A DNA stretch of 64,000 bases. Origin: an uncultured Alphaproteobacteria bacterium. Its GTDB lineage: Bacteria > Pseudomonadota > Alphaproteobacteria > Rhodobacterales > Rhodobacteraceae. The first letter of the stretch is position 1, and every line of letters begins with the position of its first letter. The notes beneath the pieces were generated by a model, which was given only the letters and a program-made list of their open reading frames with translations, did not search any database and was not told the origin of the DNA. Location of the stretch: contig CACJWR010000004.1 of the NCBI GenBank assembly GCA_902596985.1, forward strand, positions 2,492-66,491, written 5' to 3'. Made by a program: the position numbers and the translations under genes. This document shows positions 1 through 9,590 of the stretch, one piece after another.

Positions 1-1
1 T

Positions 2-1093
2 AATGACTATGATCTGGTCATTGCAGAAGGCGCAGGTAGTTTAGCAGAAGTTAATCTCAGAAAGGCTGATATCGCAAATATGGGATTTGCTTCAGTTTTG
101 CGTGTTCCTGTAATAGTAACAGCAGATATTGAAAGAGGTGGGGTTATTGCTCAGCTTATAGGTACAAAAGAAGTCCTTGATCAAAACGACTTAAACTTAA
201 TTGAAGGGTTTATTATAAATAAGTTTCGTGGAGACAAAAGTTTGTTTGATGATGGGGTTGCCTTCATTGAAAAGAAAACAGATTGGAGGAGTTTTGGGGT
301 TATGCCCTTTTTTGACAAAGCAAAATTATTCCCAGCAGAGGATAGTCAAGATCTCAAGAGTAGTTTCGGCACCGGCAAGTGCGTAATTTCGGTCTTAAAG
401 CTATCTCGTATTGCAAACTTTGATGATTTTGATCCTCTCAAAATCGACAATCGATTAAAATTACAATTTGTCGAACCTGGCAATCCTATACCAGCAGATA
501 CGAATTTGATTATAATACCAGGAACAAAGTCAACAATAGCAGACCTAAAATTTCTTAAATGCCAAGGCTGGGACATCGATCTTAAAGCGCATTACAGAAG
601 AGGAGGTTCTATATTGGGAATTTGTGGGGGTTACCAAATTTTAGGTAACGAAATCATAGATGATCAAGGATATGACGGTACACCATCGAAAGCAAAAGGT
701 CTTGGTCTCCTAAACGTTAAAACAAAAATGGGGAAAGAAAAGAATCTTGGAAAAAAAGACTTTATCAGCAATATAAATGGGAAAAAAATTTCCGGTTATG
801 AAATACATTTAGGTATTACCTCTGGAAGTGATTGTAATAATCCCTTCGCCACCTTAAGAAACAAAAAAGATGGTGCAATATCGTCCAATGGTCTCGTGAT
901 GGGTACCTATCTTCATGGCTTGTTTTTTTCTGACGAATTTAGAAATAAATTTGTAGCTAAATTAAGTTCAGAAGAGAAAAAAGAAGACGTCTCTTTCCAT
1001 GACACTATTGATTTAATTTTAGAGGAATTTGTGAAGGTGATAGAGGATAATCTTGATGTTGATTCAATATTATCTGTTGCCAGAAATATCTAA
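2..1093 (+). CDS. cobQ: cobyric acid synthase CobQ, C-terminal part (5' end lies outside the window)
   Basis: The frame is open from the window edge (NDYDLVIAEGAGSLAEVNL precedes the first Met at 80). The C-terminal glutamine amidotransferase domain has ICGGYQILG (nucleophile Cys) and YLHGLF motifs. Confidence 0.9.
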   Translation, partial: NDYDLVIAEGAGSLAEVNLRKADIANMGFASVLRVPVIVTADIERGGVIAQLIGTKEVLDQNDLNLIEGFIINKFRGDKSLFDDGVAFIEKKTDWRSFGVMPFFDKAKLFPAEDSQDLKSSFGTGKCVISVLKLSRIANFDDFDPLKIDNRLKLQFVEPGNPIPADTNLIIIPGTKSTIADLKFLKCQGWDIDLKAHYRRGGSILGICGGYQILGNEIIDDQGYDGTPSKAKGLGLLNVKTKMGKEKNLGKKDFISNINGKKISGYEIHLGITSGSDCNNPFATLRNKKDGAISSNGLVMGTYLHGLFFSDEFRNKFVAKLSSEEKKEDVSFHDTIDLILEEFVKVIEDNLDVDSILSVARNI

Positions 1094-2074
1094 TTATTGA
1101 TTGAGCGCCCGTCTAACTCTTGTCCACTCATACTTTGAAGTTGGAATACCAAGTCTTACCCAGGTTTCAGAATAATCAAAAGTTCTAATCCAAATATAAT
1201 GGGCCGCAAATTGCTCTTCAACTTCAAGACAATTCGAAGTGGCGTACGTATGAAATAAATTAGTTTTTCCAACTAATTTCCAATTTTTTGTATTACAAGC
1301 TTCATGCAAAACATTACTCCCTTCAAGCAATATTTTTTCCATTGCAGATATCCAAGTTTTGTCATTCAGGGCAATTATGCCAATTTCGGCAGCTACGCTA
1401 GAAACTGGCCAAGGTCCTAACATTCCTCTTACCGATTTAATAAAATCAGAGGGGCCTGATACAAATCCAAGTCTTACGCCTGCTAAGCCAAAGAATTTTC
1501 CCAGTGAGTTAATTTGTATTACATTATCGAACTTTTGAATTCTTCTCGAAGAGAACATTTTAAAGCTTTCATCAATAATCAAAATTCTTACTTTTTTTGA
1601 CAAATCGTCAAGTATCTCTTCGGCAATCACTTTACCTGTAGGATTATTAGGATTAACTATAATAGCAATATCACTAGAGGATAGTTTTGAAACCTCAGAT
1701 ACTGTCTCGGCTTTAATTCCGGAACTTTTGAAAGCTTTTTCATACTCATTATATGTTGGTCCAAGTATAGCTACTGAATTATAATTTTTTAAGCATATAG
1801 GTAAGAGGCTAATAATTTGTTGAGCCCCCTGAACAGCTGCGGTATCAGTGCCTTCTGCGACCTTATATGCTCTCGATGCAGCTTTCTCTAAACCCATCAA
1901 AAGCTTACTACTTGGTAAGTCTCTTAACTCGACGTTTACGCTTTCCTGCCATGGATACGAGGTTCTATTTATACCAGTAGAGAGGTCTATCCAATCTGCT
2001 CTTTGCCCTCCATATTTTTTTATGGCAAGGTCAATATCACCACCGTGTTGTATATTAAGATCCTTATTACCCAT
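1094..2074 (-). CDS. cobC: L-threonine-O-3-phosphate decarboxylase (CobC/CobD type, class I/II aminotransferase fold)
   Basis: N-terminal HGGD...WIDLSTGINRTSYPW, NPNNPTG, and the SLGKFFGLAGVRLGF PLP-lysine motif. It sits within the cobalamin gene cluster. Confidence 0.85.
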   Translation of the reverse strand: MGNKDLNIQHGGDIDLAIKKYGGQRADWIDLSTGINRTSYPWQESVNVELRDLPSSKLLMGLEKAASRAYKVAEGTDTAAVQGAQQIISLLPICLKNYNSVAILGPTYNEYEKAFKSSGIKAETVSEVSKLSSSDIAIIVNPNNPTGKVIAEEILDDLSKKVRILIIDESFKMFSSRRIQKFDNVIQINSLGKFFGLAGVRLGFVSGPSDFIKSVRGMLGPWPVSSVAAEIGIIALNDKTWISAMEKILLEGSNVLHEACNTKNWKLVGKTNLFHTYATSNCLEVEEQFAAHYIWIRTFDYSETWVRLGIPTSKYEWTRVRRALNQ

Positions 2075-3080
2075 TCATGAACCAAAAATTGAGAGCAAAG
2101 AGTATTACGTATATCTCAATAATAATATAAATATAATATTTAAGAGCTGTTGAGAGGTTTTCTTTGTTAGGTAAAGGGTGCCCAACGTTGATAGTAGGCT
2201 GTTCGATAAGTATGCCCTTTGATCGTTTTGGCCCAAGAAGAGATATCCCAAGAATGTACGCGAATGTTGCTTGTGGCCATCCAGCATTTGGAGAAGTGCT
2301 TGCTTTTGCATTCTTTAAAGAAAATAGAAATGTTTTAATTGGTTTAAGAGTAAGGCCACAAAAGAGAACTGAAGACAATCTCGCTGGCACCCAATTTACA
2401 AAGTCATCAACGTTAGCGCTAAACCAGCCAAAGTCTAAGAACTTATTGTTCTTATACCCTACCATACTGTCCAACGTATTTATCGCTTTATAAAAAACTA
2501 TGCCAGGAAGTCCAAAAAGAAATGCCCAAAATAAAGGAGCGATTATTCCATCAGACGTGTTCTCAGATAAGCTTTCGATGGCCCCACCACATATAGTATT
2601 TTCATCGGAATTTGTTAAGTCCCTACCGACTATTTTTGAGAGCGCTGCCCGAGAAGCAATTAAGTCTTTTTTGTCAAGCGCATCCGCGACATCTTTAACA
2701 TGTGTGTAGAGAGATTTAGTTGCTAAAAATGGCCAAATTAATAATGCTTGGATAACAAAACCATAATAAAAATTTAAAAGCATTTGCTCTATCAAAAAAG
2801 CTATCGCTGTTATTGGGAACACGGTTAGAAAAAAAGTTAAAGTCCCAAGGAGTTTAAGTGATTTTTTCGAGTATTCTCTCTTATTTAGTAAGTGTTCAAA
2901 ATATGATATTACTTTGCCAATCCAAGTAACTGGGTGCCCAATATTCTCGTAAACTTTTTCTGGCCACCCTATTACAATATCGAGGGTTAGGGCTATTAAG
3001 AGTATTAAGGGGACCATAAAATAAATTTCAGAGTACATGGTAATAATCAGTTGTCTTTGCCTTAAAATTTTTATATCCAA
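2067..3080 (-). CDS. cbiB: adenosylcobinamide-phosphate synthase CbiB/CobD (membrane protein)
   Basis: HPVTWIGKVI motif and multiple hydrophobic spans. Its stop overlaps the cobC start (ATGGGTAA). The true start may be an internal Met near 3038. Confidence 0.85.
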   Translation of the reverse strand: MDIKILRQRQLIITMYSEIYFMVPLILLIALTLDIVIGWPEKVYENIGHPVTWIGKVISYFEHLLNKREYSKKSLKLLGTLTFFLTVFPITAIAFLIEQMLLNFYYGFVIQALLIWPFLATKSLYTHVKDVADALDKKDLIASRAALSKIVGRDLTNSDENTICGGAIESLSENTSDGIIAPLFWAFLFGLPGIVFYKAINTLDSMVGYKNNKFLDFGWFSANVDDFVNWVPARLSSVLFCGLTLKPIKTFLFSLKNAKASTSPNAGWPQATFAYILGISLLGPKRSKGILIEQPTINVGHPLPNKENLSTALKYYIYIIIEIYVILFALNFWFMNG

Positions 3081-3116
3081 ACTACAGTCGTTTTAACATA
3101 TCCATATTGAGTTTTT

Positions 3117-4142
3117 ATGAAAAAATTAGAATTAGTCCACACTATAGATGATATTTTTAATTTAGTGGATAGCGCACCAACATGGTCCAAAGAATTAAAA
3201 GAAAAAGCTGTTGAAAGACAAAAGAACTTGTTGAAACCAGCCAATTCCCTAGGTCAGCTTGAAGACATAGCAGTTTTTTTGTCATCTTGGGGCAAAAAGA
3301 CTATGAAAGACATGGAGAAAATATCCACTATTGTATTTGCTGGTAATCATGGTGTGTGTAGACAATCAATAAACCCATTTCCCCAAGAAGTTACTTTTCA
3401 GATGGTAGAAACGTTTAAATTGGGAAAAGCAGCAATAAATAAGATATGTGAGTCAAACGAAATCAATCTAGAGGTTATCCCGATCGATCTAGAAAAACCA
3501 ACGGCTGATATATCCATTGGACGTGCCATGGATGAAACGGAGTTTATTAAGTCCTTTAACATAGGGTTGCGTGCAGTTTCAGAGAATATGGATTTAATTA
3601 CATTGGGAGAAATGGGAATTGGTAATACAACAATTGCATCTGCATTATGTTATTATTTTTTTAATAACGATGTAAGTTCATGGGTAGGACCAGGAACTGG
3701 CTCTAACCAAGATCAAGTGATACATAAGGGCAAAATAATTGAAAGAGCAGTAAAGACAAATCGGCCTGATATTGTAAGACCTCTCGATGCAGGAGTATCC
3801 CTAGGCGGTAGAGAACAAGCAGCGATTTGTGGAGCTGTAGTAGCTGCGAAGCATTATTCGGTGCCAGTAATTTTAGATGGTTTTATTTGTACTGCAGCAG
3901 TATTACCGATTTTCTTCGAAAGGAAGGATATCCTTGATCATTGTTTATTTGGGCACTGCTCTAAGGAACCAGGGCATCAGTTGCTACTAAAGATGTTAAA
4001 CAAAAAGCCTATTTTGCGTCTAGATATGGCCTTAGGGGAAGGGTCCGGTGCTGCCCTAGCTACTTCCATAGTCAAAGCGGCTTTCAAGTGTCATGTAGAA
4101 ATGGCAACGTTTGAAGATTCAGGAGTTTCTGGAAAACAATAA
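3117..4142 (+). CDS. cobT: nicotinate-nucleotide--dimethylbenzimidazole phosphoribosyltransferase
   Basis: FAGNHGV, GEMGIGNTT and LGEGSGAA motifs, at full length (341 aa). Confidence 0.9.
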   Translation: MKKLELVHTIDDIFNLVDSAPTWSKELKEKAVERQKNLLKPANSLGQLEDIAVFLSSWGKKTMKDMEKISTIVFAGNHGVCRQSINPFPQEVTFQMVETFKLGKAAINKICESNEINLEVIPIDLEKPTADISIGRAMDETEFIKSFNIGLRAVSENMDLITLGEMGIGNTTIASALCYYFFNNDVSSWVGPGTGSNQDQVIHKGKIIERAVKTNRPDIVRPLDAGVSLGGREQAAICGAVVAAKHYSVPVILDGFICTAAVLPIFFERKDILDHCLFGHCSKEPGHQLLLKMLNKKPILRLDMALGEGSGAALATSIVKAAFKCHVEMATFEDSGVSGKQ

Positions 4143-4143
4143 G

Positions 4144-4659
4144 CTATGATTTCCAGCTGGTTATCCTTTGCATAATATTATCCTCAAGAAAAATTTGATG
4201 ATAAGCAACGCCAATGAGGTGAGTCATTATAAAGAGGTATAATATATTAACTAGAATTTTGTGAGCTATACCCAGATCGATATTGACAGTTGAAAAGGCC
4301 AATAGACCGGTAATAGGAATAGTAAAAAGAATAAAGTAAATCCCCAAATGCACAAAAGTTGATAAAAATTTCAATAAAGCATTTGTTTTCTTTGTGGGAG
4401 TAGGGACACCAAATTTTATTCTTAGAAAGATTCTAACAGCCATAAGTAAAAATATAAATACGCCTCCTAATATATGAAATTGACTATTGCTTGTATTTCC
4501 ATTGTTGGTGATGGCCTCATTACGAAGTGCTGAAAATTCTAAGGCAATTTTATCGCCAGTGATCATTTGGAACAAGATGATGACAACTACTAGCCAGTGG
4601 ATAAGGATGTGAAATTTATTATAATGAGTTGGAATATTTAAACTTTTATTTGCAGACAT
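4144..4659 (-). CDS. cytochrome b561 family protein (CybB-like di-haem membrane protein)
   Basis: 171 aa with four hydrophobic helices. Conserved His positions are IHWLV, FHILGG, HLGIY and THLIGVAYH, as in the CybB/b561 family. Confidence 0.75.
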   Translation of the reverse strand: MSANKSLNIPTHYNKFHILIHWLVVVIILFQMITGDKIALEFSALRNEAITNNGNTSNSQFHILGGVFIFLLMAVRIFLRIKFGVPTPTKKTNALLKFLSTFVHLGIYFILFTIPITGLLAFSTVNIDLGIAHKILVNILYLFIMTHLIGVAYHQIFLEDNIMQRITSWKS

Positions 4660-6149
4660 TATGTCCCACAGAAAGTTTGATGCACCACTTCGCTATCTTT
4701 TGGTGCATTATAAAACGTTTCATGATTTTCCTTTACTTCGAAAGGAGTAATTAAAAGATCACATAGAATCTCAAAATCAGAAAAATCACCCTTTGTTGCT
4801 TTCCCAATAGCCTGTTCTACAAGATGGTTTCTCATAATAAACTCAGGGTTACTTGAACTTAGCAATTCAATTGCCTCGGTCTTACTCTTGCTATTTTCCT
4901 GTAATAATTTTCTCCAATTGCCTAACCATTGACTAACAGCGTGCTGGTTCTCCTCATCTGAATTTCTAAAATTATTTAAGAAAATAGTGTCGTCTTCTTT
5001 AATTAGCGTTGCTTTTAGTGACTTAAGAGTCCCGGTAAAATCTGCTTTACCAGCCTCCATTAAATTCAGTAAATCGGAATAAAGCGAGCTTGTTTTTTTT
5101 GAGTTATTTTTAAACCCCAATTTGTGTGATATTAAAATATCTAAAGAATTGTTGAAATTTTTATCAAAATCAAAAAGAATTTCTTCAACTACTTTTATTG
5201 CGTCTGATGTATTCTTTGAAATTAAAAATAAAATGGTTTCTGCCAACCTGCTTAGGTTCCATGGAGTTACGCGTGATTGGTTAGAGAAAGCGTATCTTCC
5301 ATACTGGTCTATTGAGCTAAAAACTTTATTTGCTTCATAAGAGTCCATAAACGCACATGGCCCATAATCGATTGTCTCGCAAGATATGGAGGTATTATCT
5401 GTATTCATTACACCGTGAATAAAACCAACTGAGTTCCATTGAGCCACTAAGCTAGCTTGACCTTTAACTATTCTCTCAAAAAATAATTTATATTTTTCCT
5501 TGTTATCAGAGAGGTCTGGATGGCTTCTTTCAATCATAAAATCAGCCAACTTTCTTATATGGTCCTTCTGATTTCTTATTGCAAAAAACTCAAATGTACC
5601 AACTCTAACATGGCTTTTTGCAACCCTTGCAAGCATCGCTCCAGGGGAAACTTCTGCTCTAACAACCTTTTCCCCGGTTAATAAAACAGCTAAAGACCTA
5701 GTGGTAGGAACTCCCAAATGGTGCATACTCTCCGAAATTAGGTACTCTCTAATAACAGGTCCTATTCCCGCTCTACCATCTCCTCCTCGAGAGAAGTATG
5801 TTTTTCCACTTCCTTTTAGTTGTATGTCTCGCCTCACACCATCTTGACAAATTTTGTCTCCCAGTAGAACTGCGCGGCCGTCTCCTAATTGTGGTACCAA
5901 ATGCCCGAATTGATGCCCTGCGTATGCTAGAGAAATAGAATTAGGAAGTGTTTTGGAATTTTTCCCACTTAGAAATCTAAGGCCAGATTGACTTTTTAAA
6001 AAACCAATATCGATGTTAAGCAAGTCCGCTAATTGTTCGTTTATCGTAACCACATTGACATCAGGCATAGCCTCTGCCTCTGTATACCTGAAAAACTCTT
6101 GAGGCAGAGATGTGTATGTATTCTCCAAATTAATGGAATTCATTATCAA
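4659..6149 (-). CDS. selO: protein adenylyltransferase SelO (YdiU/UPF0061)
   Basis: GHQFGHLVPQLGDGRAVLLG, LKGSGKTYFSRGGDGRAG and HGVMNTDNTSI motifs. Its stop overlaps the start of the b561 gene (TAATG). Confidence 0.9.
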   Translation of the reverse strand: MIMNSINLENTYTSLPQEFFRYTEAEAMPDVNVVTINEQLADLLNIDIGFLKSQSGLRFLSGKNSKTLPNSISLAYAGHQFGHLVPQLGDGRAVLLGDKICQDGVRRDIQLKGSGKTYFSRGGDGRAGIGPVIREYLISESMHHLGVPTTRSLAVLLTGEKVVRAEVSPGAMLARVAKSHVRVGTFEFFAIRNQKDHIRKLADFMIERSHPDLSDNKEKYKLFFERIVKGQASLVAQWNSVGFIHGVMNTDNTSISCETIDYGPCAFMDSYEANKVFSSIDQYGRYAFSNQSRVTPWNLSRLAETILFLISKNTSDAIKVVEEILFDFDKNFNNSLDILISHKLGFKNNSKKTSSLYSDLLNLMEAGKADFTGTLKSLKATLIKEDDTIFLNNFRNSDEENQHAVSQWLGNWRKLLQENSKSKTEAIELLSSSNPEFIMRNHLVEQAIGKATKGDFSDFEILCDLLITPFEVKENHETFYNAPKDSEVVHQTFCGT

Positions 6150-6161
6150 ATCTTCGTTCGA

Positions 6162-7481
6162 TTAATTCCCGTGTTTGTTTAGGGTACTCCTAAACTTTTC
6201 AATGATCTCATCAATATGTTTATGTTCAGAAATGAACATTGGAGCTACAATTCCTGAGTCACCAGTAAATTTGACGTGTAGACCCTCCCAGAACAACTCT
6301 TTTTGGAATTTTGTTCCTCTTTTTCCTGGATTCCCGTCGGCATGAAGCTCTACTCCACCCATCATCCCAATTCCTCTCACATCTTTTACTAGTGGATGAT
6401 CGCAGAGTGAAAAAAGAGCATCAAGAAAATAACCAGACATTTCATTAGCTCTGTTAAATAAATCTTCTTCTTCATATATTTCCAGTGATGCCAAACCCGC
6501 TGCACATGAACCTGGGTGACCTGAATAAGTATATCCGTGAAAAAACTCAATAGTATCTGGGTTAGAGTTATCTGTAACAGTTTCATAAATATGGTCTTTG
6601 ACACATACTGCCCCCATTGGCATCGAACCATTTGTAATTGCCTTTGCCATTGTCATAATATCTGGCGTTACATCAAATTTTTGTGAAGCAAAAGGAGTTC
6701 CCATTCGACCAAAACCAGTTATTACTTCGTCAAAAACAAGTAAAATTCCATGTTCGTCACATATTTCTCTTAGTCTTTCAAGGTAGCCTTCGGGAGGTAC
6801 TAAGGTTCCTGTCGACCCTGCAACTGGCTCAACAAAACAAGCGGCGATGGTGTTGCCCCCATAAGCTTGTGCAAACCTTTCTAGGTCATTAGCTAGTTCA
6901 ACACCATTTTTAGGTTGCCCTTTAACTTTAAGCTCTTCTCCGGTCCATGTATGTCGCATTAACACAACGTTCGGCATAACTACGGGAAAGGTTCTTCGAT
7001 TATTAACCATTCCAGATAAAGATACTCCGCCAATATTGACCCCATGATAAGCTCTTTCTCTACTTACAAAACGATGCCTATTTTGGCCGGTAGCAGAATT
7101 ATAGGACATTATTATTTTTAATGCTGTATCTATAGCTTCGGAGCCTGAATTTACAAAAAATACATGGTTCATTTCTTCTGGAGTAAGTTCCGAGACTTTA
7201 TCTGCTAATTCGAAACTGGCTGGATGGCCCATACCAAAAGGAGATGTGTAGGTGTTCTTCTTCAGCTGATTGTGAACTGCTTCAATAATTTTTGGGTGAC
7301 AGTGTCCAGCAGGAGAACAAAATAAGCCAGAAGACCCATCAATGATTTTTGTATTCTTATGGCTAGTCATATATACACCTGAGGCTTCTGTAATAAGTCT
7401 TGGGTCTATCTTAAAGCCTCTGTTATCGGTAAACGGCATCCAATGGTTTTCTAATGAATTCTTAATAATATTATTGGCCAT
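6162..7481 (-). CDS. class III (omega) aminotransferase, beta-alanine/omega-amino acid--pyruvate type
   Basis: N-terminal HWMPFTD, SGSEAIDTALK, LVFDEVITGFGRMG and the AKAITNG PLP-lysine region. Confidence 0.8.
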   Translation of the reverse strand: MANNIIKNSLENHWMPFTDNRGFKIDPRLITEASGVYMTSHKNTKIIDGSSGLFCSPAGHCHPKIIEAVHNQLKKNTYTSPFGMGHPASFELADKVSELTPEEMNHVFFVNSGSEAIDTALKIIMSYNSATGQNRHRFVSRERAYHGVNIGGVSLSGMVNNRRTFPVVMPNVVLMRHTWTGEELKVKGQPKNGVELANDLERFAQAYGGNTIAACFVEPVAGSTGTLVPPEGYLERLREICDEHGILLVFDEVITGFGRMGTPFASQKFDVTPDIMTMAKAITNGSMPMGAVCVKDHIYETVTDNSNPDTIEFFHGYTYSGHPGSCAAGLASLEIYEEEDLFNRANEMSGYFLDALFSLCDHPLVKDVRGIGMMGGVELHADGNPGKRGTKFQKELFWEGLHVKFTGDSGIVAPMFISEHKHIDEIIEKFRSTLNKHGN

Positions 7482-7610
7482 TTGTCTAAATCCTATTTTT
7501 TAACGTTAAAAATGGTGGCAATGAAAAACTTCCCCCAAAACACTGTATTTTTTCAAACACAATACTATAATTAAAGTATCAAAATCCTAAAAAGTCAAAA
7601 GGGAATCTCT

Positions 7611-8828
7611 ATGAAAGACACTATCGAAGTAAAAGAAAAAAAAGTCAGGGACGCTTTTTTTAACTGGGCCGACCCATTTCTGATAACGGATCAACTTTCA
7701 GAAGAGGAAAGAATGATTAGCGAAACAGCTGCTTCTTTTGCTAATAAGGAGCTAAGCGTGCGAGTCGAAAAGGCTTATAACGAAGAAATTATAGACGAGG
7801 GTATTTTCAAACTCATGGGCGAAACCGGATTGCTAGGGTGTACAATACCGGAGGAATATGGGGGGTTAGGAGCTAATTATGTTTCATATGGATTAATAAC
7901 AAGAGAAATAGAGAAAGTGGACTCAGGCTACAGGTCTATGATGTCAGTTCAATCATCTCTTGTAATGTATCCAATATCTAAATTTGGATCCCAATCACAA
8001 AAAGAAAAATACTTACCAAAATTGGCATCTGGTGAAAGTATTGGCTGCTTTGGGCTAACAGAAGCAAACTCTGGTTCTGACCCAGCTTCAATGACAACAA
8101 AAGCAAAAAAAGTGGCCGGTGGATTTGAGCTGAATGGTTCAAAAATGTGGATTTCGAATGCTCCTATAGCAGATGTTTTCGTTATTTGGGCAAAGTCAGA
8201 ATTTCATGAAAATAAAATAAAAGGCTTCATATTAGAAAAGAATTTCGATGGACTAGAAACGAAGAAAATACTTGGAAAATTGAGCTTGCGGGCTTCTGTT
8301 ACTGGTGAAATAAGCTTTAATAATGTCTTTGTTCCTGAAGAAAATATTTTAGAGGATGTTGAAGGTTTGAAAGGACCTTTCAGTTGCTTAAACATGGCGA
8401 GATATGGCATAGCCTGGGGAGCGATGGGCGCTGCTGAATTTTGCTGGCATGCAGCTAGAGATTATGGTCTGTCGAGAAAGCAATTTAATAAGCCCTTGGC
8501 CGGGACCCAATTATTTCAGAAAAAATTGGCCGATATGCAAACCGAGATTACGTTAGGTCTCCAAGGAGCACTCAGGCTAGGTAGACTGATAGATGAGGAT
8601 CGCGGTGCACCAGAAGCAATAAGCCTGATGAAAAGAAACAATTGTGGTAAAGCACTGGACATCGCTCGTAAAGCAAGAGATATGCATGGAGGGAACGGTA
8701 TTTCCTCTGAGTACGGTGTAATGCGTCACGCCCAAAATTTAGAGACGGTTAACACCTACGAGGGTACACACGATATACATGCACTTATTTTGGGTAGAGC
8801 TCAAACAGGTATTCAAGCCTTTTTCTGA
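7611..8828 (+). CDS. gcdH: glutaryl-CoA dehydrogenase-type acyl-CoA dehydrogenase
   Basis: N-terminal [30 protein letters not shown], and C-terminal [15 protein letters not shown] typical of the GCDH subgroup. Confidence 0.8.
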   Translation: MKDTIEVKEKKVRDAFFNWADPFLITDQLSEEERMISETAASFANKELSVRVEKAYNEEIIDEGIFKLMGETGLLGCTIPEEYGGLGANYVSYGLITREIEKVDSGYRSMMSVQSSLVMYPISKFGSQSQKEKYLPKLASGESIGCFGLTEANSGSDPASMTTKAKKVAGGFELNGSKMWISNAPIADVFVIWAKSEFHENKIKGFILEKNFDGLETKKILGKLSLRASVTGEISFNNVFVPEENILEDVEGLKGPFSCLNMARYGIAWGAMGAAEFCWHAARDYGLSRKQFNKPLAGTQLFQKKLADMQTEITLGLQGALRLGRLIDEDRGAPEAISLMKRNNCGKALDIARKARDMHGGNGISSEYGVMRHAQNLETVNTYEGTHDIHALILGRAQTGIQAFF

Positions 8829-9590
8829 TTAGGTCCGCAGCCTGTAGCCAGTTTTGAAAATTATGGCAATAATCAATAAACAGATCGCCATAAATGACAA
8901 TATAGCTACTATAGAAAGTGCTATTGGTATTTCAGATGTACCAAAGAAACTCCATCTAAAACCGCTTATAAGATAAAAAACAGGGTTAAGTAGTGATACC
9001 TTTTGCCAAAACTCAGGCAACATATCAATTGAGTAAAAGCTTCCTCCAAGAAATACTAGTGGGGTTACAAGTAGAGTGGGAATAATACTCAACTTTTCCC
9101 AGTTTTGTGCCCAGATACCAATTATGAATCCGAAAAGAGAAAAGGTGATTGCTGTCAAAATTATAAAAACAGCCATCACTAAAGGATATTTTATATCATG
9201 GGTAACAAATAGATTAGATGTAAGAAAGATCATCAAGCCAATTATCGTCGATTTTGAAGCCGCGGCACCTACATAACCAACAGTGGCTTCCAAAGAAGAA
9301 ACAGGTGCTGATAGGACTTCGAAAATTGAACCAACAAATTTTGGAAAATAAATTCCGAAGGCGGCGTTGTTGATACTTTCAGTCATCAGATAAAGCATTA
9401 TTAATCCTGGTACTATGAATGAGCCATATGAGACGCCATTAATCGATTCAATCTTTGACCCGATAGCTGCACCAAAGACAACAAAATAGAGGGAAGTCGT
9501 GATTATCGGAGCTACTAAGCTCTGAAAGATAGTCCGCCTAAAGCGAGCCATCTCAAATTTGTAAATTGTTATTGCAGCTTGAATGTTCAT
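8829..9590 (-). CDS. ABC-2 type transporter permease (YadH-like)
   Basis: Six hydrophobic spans. The ATGA overlap with the upstream ATPase gene indicates an operon. Confidence 0.8.
   Translation of the reverse strand: MNIQAAITIYKFEMARFRRTIFQSLVAPIITTSLYFVVFGAAIGSKIESINGVSYGSFIVPGLIMLYLMTESINNAAFGIYFPKFVGSIFEVLSAPVSSLEATVGYVGAAASKSTIIGLMIFLTSNLFVTHDIKYPLVMAVFIILTAITFSLFGFIIGIWAQNWEKLSIIPTLLVTPLVFLGGSFYSIDMLPEFWQKVSLLNPVFYLISGFRWSFFGTSEIPIALSIVAILSFMAICLLIIAIIFKTGYRLRT

Noticed and set aside
3081-3116. Looked for a cobalamin riboswitch between divergent cbiB and cobT.
   Set aside because: The spacer is only 36 bp, far too short for a roughly 200-nt B12 element. No B12-box-like sequence is seen.
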